NCBI RefSeq assembly: GCF_000143415.4
Contig: NW_003314282.1
Coordinates: forward strand, 1,135,374 to 1,199,373
Reading direction: 5' to 3'
Origin: Selaginella moellendorffii
Taxonomy: Eukaryota > Plantae > Lycopodiophyta
Length of the DNA stretch: 64,000 bases
How positions within the stretch are numbered: the first letter of the stretch is position 1; every line of letters starts with the position of its first letter. The notes under the pieces were generated by a model that was not told the origin of the DNA, made no database searches, and was given only the letters and a program-made list of their open reading frames with translations. The position numbers were made by a program, and so were the translations under genes. Below, in pieces: positions 60,258 through 64,000 of this stretch.

Positions 60258-63200
60258 ATGTGGTCGGCAGATTATCTCCTTCAACTTCTCACGGTTGGCT
60301 TCCTCGCAAAGATTTATGTTTCAGCGCAACCAGGTCAGTAGTATTGCATATATGGTCATTGTGAAGAATGTTTTTGCAGGATTTTTGAGCCTGGACTGTG
60401 GAGGTTATGACAATTACACGGATGGAAATGGTATCGAATGGACACCGGATGACAAGTATATCACCACCGGAATTCCAACCTCCATTTCAATCTCTGCTAA
60501 AAATCAGACAGATTTACTTTGGCAGCGTCTTCGCTACTTTAATGACACCTCTCGGAAGCACTGCTATGCTCTGCCAGTCGTGGTAAACCAGAGCTACATC
60601 CTGAGGCCATCGTTCTACTACGGAAACTACGATGGGATAGAAACAACTTTAACGCAGTTTAACATTATAATTGGTGCAAACGATGTGGTAAAGGCCGGCG
60701 TGGATTTAACCAGCAAAGAACTGAAGTACTATTACGAGTTTGTGATTAAAGCCACAAGCTCGACCCTGGATCTATGCCTTGGAACCCGCTCAAATTCACC
60801 AGCAAATATCCCGTTCATCTCTGCAATCGAGCTCAGAAGACTGGATCCCGGTTTGAAAATAAGTTCTTTCAATGCTAGTGAGCTTTTGATCATGTGGAGA
60901 AGGATCGATTTAGGAGCAGCTACAAAACATACCATCAGGTAAGAAATTCTTCAGAAGTTAAATGTTCTTTTTGACTCGTATCAAACAGGTACCCTTCTGA
61001 TGACTATGATCGAATATGGAGACGTGATACAGATTTCCCAGGCTTCATGGGAGAATACCAACGGATCAATACTACTTCGAATGTTTCTCTGGGAAAAACT
61101 CTTGACAAACCTCCCACGGCGGTGATGAGTTCCGCCATCACTTCCAATTCGACAATGGTTTTCCAGTTCCCAACAAAGCTTCCCACAACGCCGACTAAAT
61201 TCTACGTCAACTTTTACTTTGCTGAGTTTTCTGCCCTGGTGAACAACACGAGGGAGTTCCGAGTCATTCTTAACACCAGCTCGCTTGAATCTCCCCACCT
61301 TTTGGCGACCATCAACGTGGAGAAGTATACTCAGGCTCCTTTAACTTCATTCCAAATGTACCTCAACTCGCCAGTGGAGCTTACCGAGCCAACAAACTTC
61401 TTGTTTGTGCCCACGGTGAACTCTACGCTTGGTCCGATTCTCAATGCTGCCGAGCTGTGTGAGTACAAAGGAGGTCTCCTCCCAGGGACGGAACCCAACG
61501 ATGGTAAAGCACATATGAAACTTTAAATAATTGTGATCTCGTTAACATTGTCATAAACAATGCAGTGGCAGCTATACGTGATGTGATGAAAGATTTTCAC
61601 ATCACTGAGTGGTCAGGAGACCCTTGCTTGCCTGACGCGTACACTTGGAAATGGATTACTTGCGATGTAGCTCAAATCCCAGCAAGAATTATAGAGCTGT
61701 AATAAGTGGACGCATTTCTAGCGTGATCACATTAACATCTGTGCATGACAGGAACTTGTCTAGCAGTGGACTCAAAGGAACCATATCACTGTCCATCACA
61801 AAGCTATCGCATCTAACAAAAATGTATGTATGGGTTTTTTTAACGTAATTTTTCGTTCTTCTGATCTTTATGTCTTCAGATATCTGGATAACAACGCATT
61901 GACAGGGCGTGTTCCAGATTTTAGCTCCTTGAAAAACCTCACGGTTTTGTGAGTACCACCATTCAGTATGCTAGATGATAGAATTTTACTAATTCTTTTG
62001 CAGGTCATTAGAAAACAACAGTTTGGATTGCCTACCACCAGAACATGTACACTTCTCTTACAAGTCAGTTTTTCTCTATTGCCATTGAATTGTTTATCAC
62101 CTATATGTTTTTTCAGCGCTACTTTTAGCTTGTGTGAGAAGAAACATACAACACTTATATTTGAAGTAGTGGTACCATGTGCAGCCATATTGTTAGTTGG
62201 AGCTGTACTTGTGGTTTGTTTCTTTTCCCGTGGAAAAACTTCAAAATCCATCACAGAACAGAACAGGAATCCAAGTAAGTTCCAAAAGGTAGCCTTGTGG
62301 GTAACTCATTTTTCTAATGGCATATTGTTCCATCCAGGCTTGTCTCTAAAATCTCCAAACTCTAGCACTAAAATGATTGCTTACAAGGATGTGATTGAGG
62401 CCACAAGCAACTTCAAGAGAGTCATTGGTGAAGGAAGTTTTGGACCCGTGTACTATGGCTGCCTTCCAAATGGTGTTGAAGTTGCAGTCAAGGTTTTATC
62501 CAGTAACTCAAAGCAAGGATATCAAGAATTTCAAACTGAGGTGAGTTTGATCATCAACAGGTACAAATCTATCTAATTTTCCTTGATAGATTGATATTTT
62601 ATCAGTTGTACACCACAAGAACTTAGTGCCCTTTCTTGGTTACTGTACTCAAAAGTCCAAGCTCATACTGGTCTACGAGTTCTTGTCAAATGGAACGTTG
62701 AGGGAGCACTTGTATGGTGGTAAGAATTTTTTGTGTTGAAACGTCCTCCTTTAATGTAATGTCAGAAGGTAAAAGATATCCAACTCTAAGCTGGAAAACT
62801 CGGCTTGGAATAGCTCTAGATGCTGCTCAAGGTAAGCTAAATCTCTGAATTGATATGATATAACTCTCTCTCATAGGCTTGGAGTATTTGCACACATCAT
62901 GCAATCTACACATAATCCATCGAGACGTCAAAACAAGCAATATACTTTTAAGTTTTGATATGGTTGCAAAAGTCAGTGACTTCGGTCTCTCCAAGTTTTA
63001 TGACAGTAACAAAGCATCTCATGTCTCAACTGGCATCAAAGGAACTCCAGGATATCTTGATCCAGAGTGAGCAAAAGTTTTTTTTCTCAATAAGCATGAT
63101 ATCTTACTGAATTTAATGGTTTTTCAGGTACCATTCCTATAGCAGGCTCACAGAGAAATCAGATGTATACAGCTTTGGAGTGGTACTATTTGAGATTGTT

Positions 63201-63550
63201 TGCGGACGTGAGCCCCTCAATTTCACACTTCTTGAGGAACAAATTGTTCTTTCGGAATGGGTAAACTATTAAGAGAGCTTAGTTATAAACATCTGTTCTT
63301 TGCTTCCTCCCAGGCATGCAAGGAACTTGAGAAAGGCAACCTACGAACAGTAATCGATCCCAGCTTATCCGACTATGGAGAGAAAGCAGCACTGAAGGTT
63401 TTGGAGGTGGCAAGAAAATGTGTGGAACGTTCTCCCCACGGGAGGCCTAACATGAGCACTGTCGTGATCCAGCTGAGAGAGGCCATCCAACTCGAGGAGG
63501 ACGGAAGTTCCCTGCCAAAATCCATGGAAATATTCACTGGAGGAAGATAG
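60258..63550 (+). CDS. Malectin-like LRR receptor kinase (LRR-I), copy 2, apparently intact
   Basis: Same domain motifs as copy 1, with intact [26 protein letters not shown]. Confidence 0.9.
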
Positions 63551-63613
63551 ATATGCAAATATACTAGAATTTTATAAGATTGTGGATATATAGTTTACGA
63601 TGGCATTTTTAAC

Positions 63614-63644
<31 letters not shown>

Positions 63645-64000
63645 AACTTTTACTTTAATGTTTTAAAAGTTGCGACTGTTTAGGGACTGAGTGGGATACT
63701 GCAGTCAAATCGTTGTTATCAAATGCGGGCTGCTTTTCTCAGGAAGAGAATACTACACCGGTAAGTGCTAGTGCTTTGTATCCTTAGTAGAAAGAGGCCG
63801 CTGGACACTATCTTTCTTGAGCGCAATGAATTTCTCTCCAGTGTTTGTCACTCTGCCCACAAGATCCACGATCACCAAATTTCCGAAGTGTCAACCCGAA
63901 TCGAATCCTTGGCACCGCTGATCCCATCCCGGTGGCTCTACGATGGCTGCTCCTGCTGCTGGATGCTGGAGGACAAGTCAGCCTCGCCGATCTCAAGAGC

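Larger units (their letters stand above)
54380..64000 (+). repeat. About 5.6-kb tandem duplication (unit 1 about 54380-60012, unit 2 from 60013 past the window end)
   Basis: tggatcgtatagtcgactttgaatctgattttt starts both units; RLK, (AAT)n and downstream sequence are repeated. Confidence 0.92.

Overview
Gene-dense eukaryotic plant genomic DNA with mostly 45-70 nt introns. It is most consistent with a lycophyte such as Selaginella; this is inferred from the tiny introns, the flagellar SPAG6/PF16 gene and a fungal-type chromovirus. About 23 protein genes are present: an RLK 3' end, an Aha1-N protein, an F-box-associated-like protein, malectin-kinesin-14, a BASS transporter, FAD synthase, a PHR1-like MYB-CC factor, dUTPase, SPAG6, SmF, a BOD1/Shg1-like protein, PurU, oligopeptidase B, a conserved secreted unknown, GGP/VTC2 with its ACG-initiated uORF, a TPK channel, DNMT2, FQR1/WrbA, a bHLH, DeSI/PPPDE, tandem malectin-LRR-RLKs and two small orphan ORFs. 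There is also tRNA-Thr(AGT), several pseudogene fragments, and an inactivated Ty3/gypsy chromovirus with both LTRs and TSD (15735-20964). Highlights: (1) the retroelement has no tRNA PBS; its PBS is perfectly complementary over 15 nt to its own predicted transcript 5' end (Tf1-type self-priming), and it has a G-GGA-AAC slippery site plus hairpin for -1 frameshifting and non-canonical TA...CA termini; (2) an intronless 74-aa Y/N/S/G-rich microprotein under two G-boxes resembles a fungal family (possible HGT); (3) Aha1-N appears plastid-targeted and oligopeptidase B appears to carry a Tat signal, the latter starting 29 nt after the PurU stop; (4) a multicopper oxidase gene is split by an inversion at the junction of an RLK tandem duplication. 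All gene models were read by eye, so boundaries may be off by a few nt.
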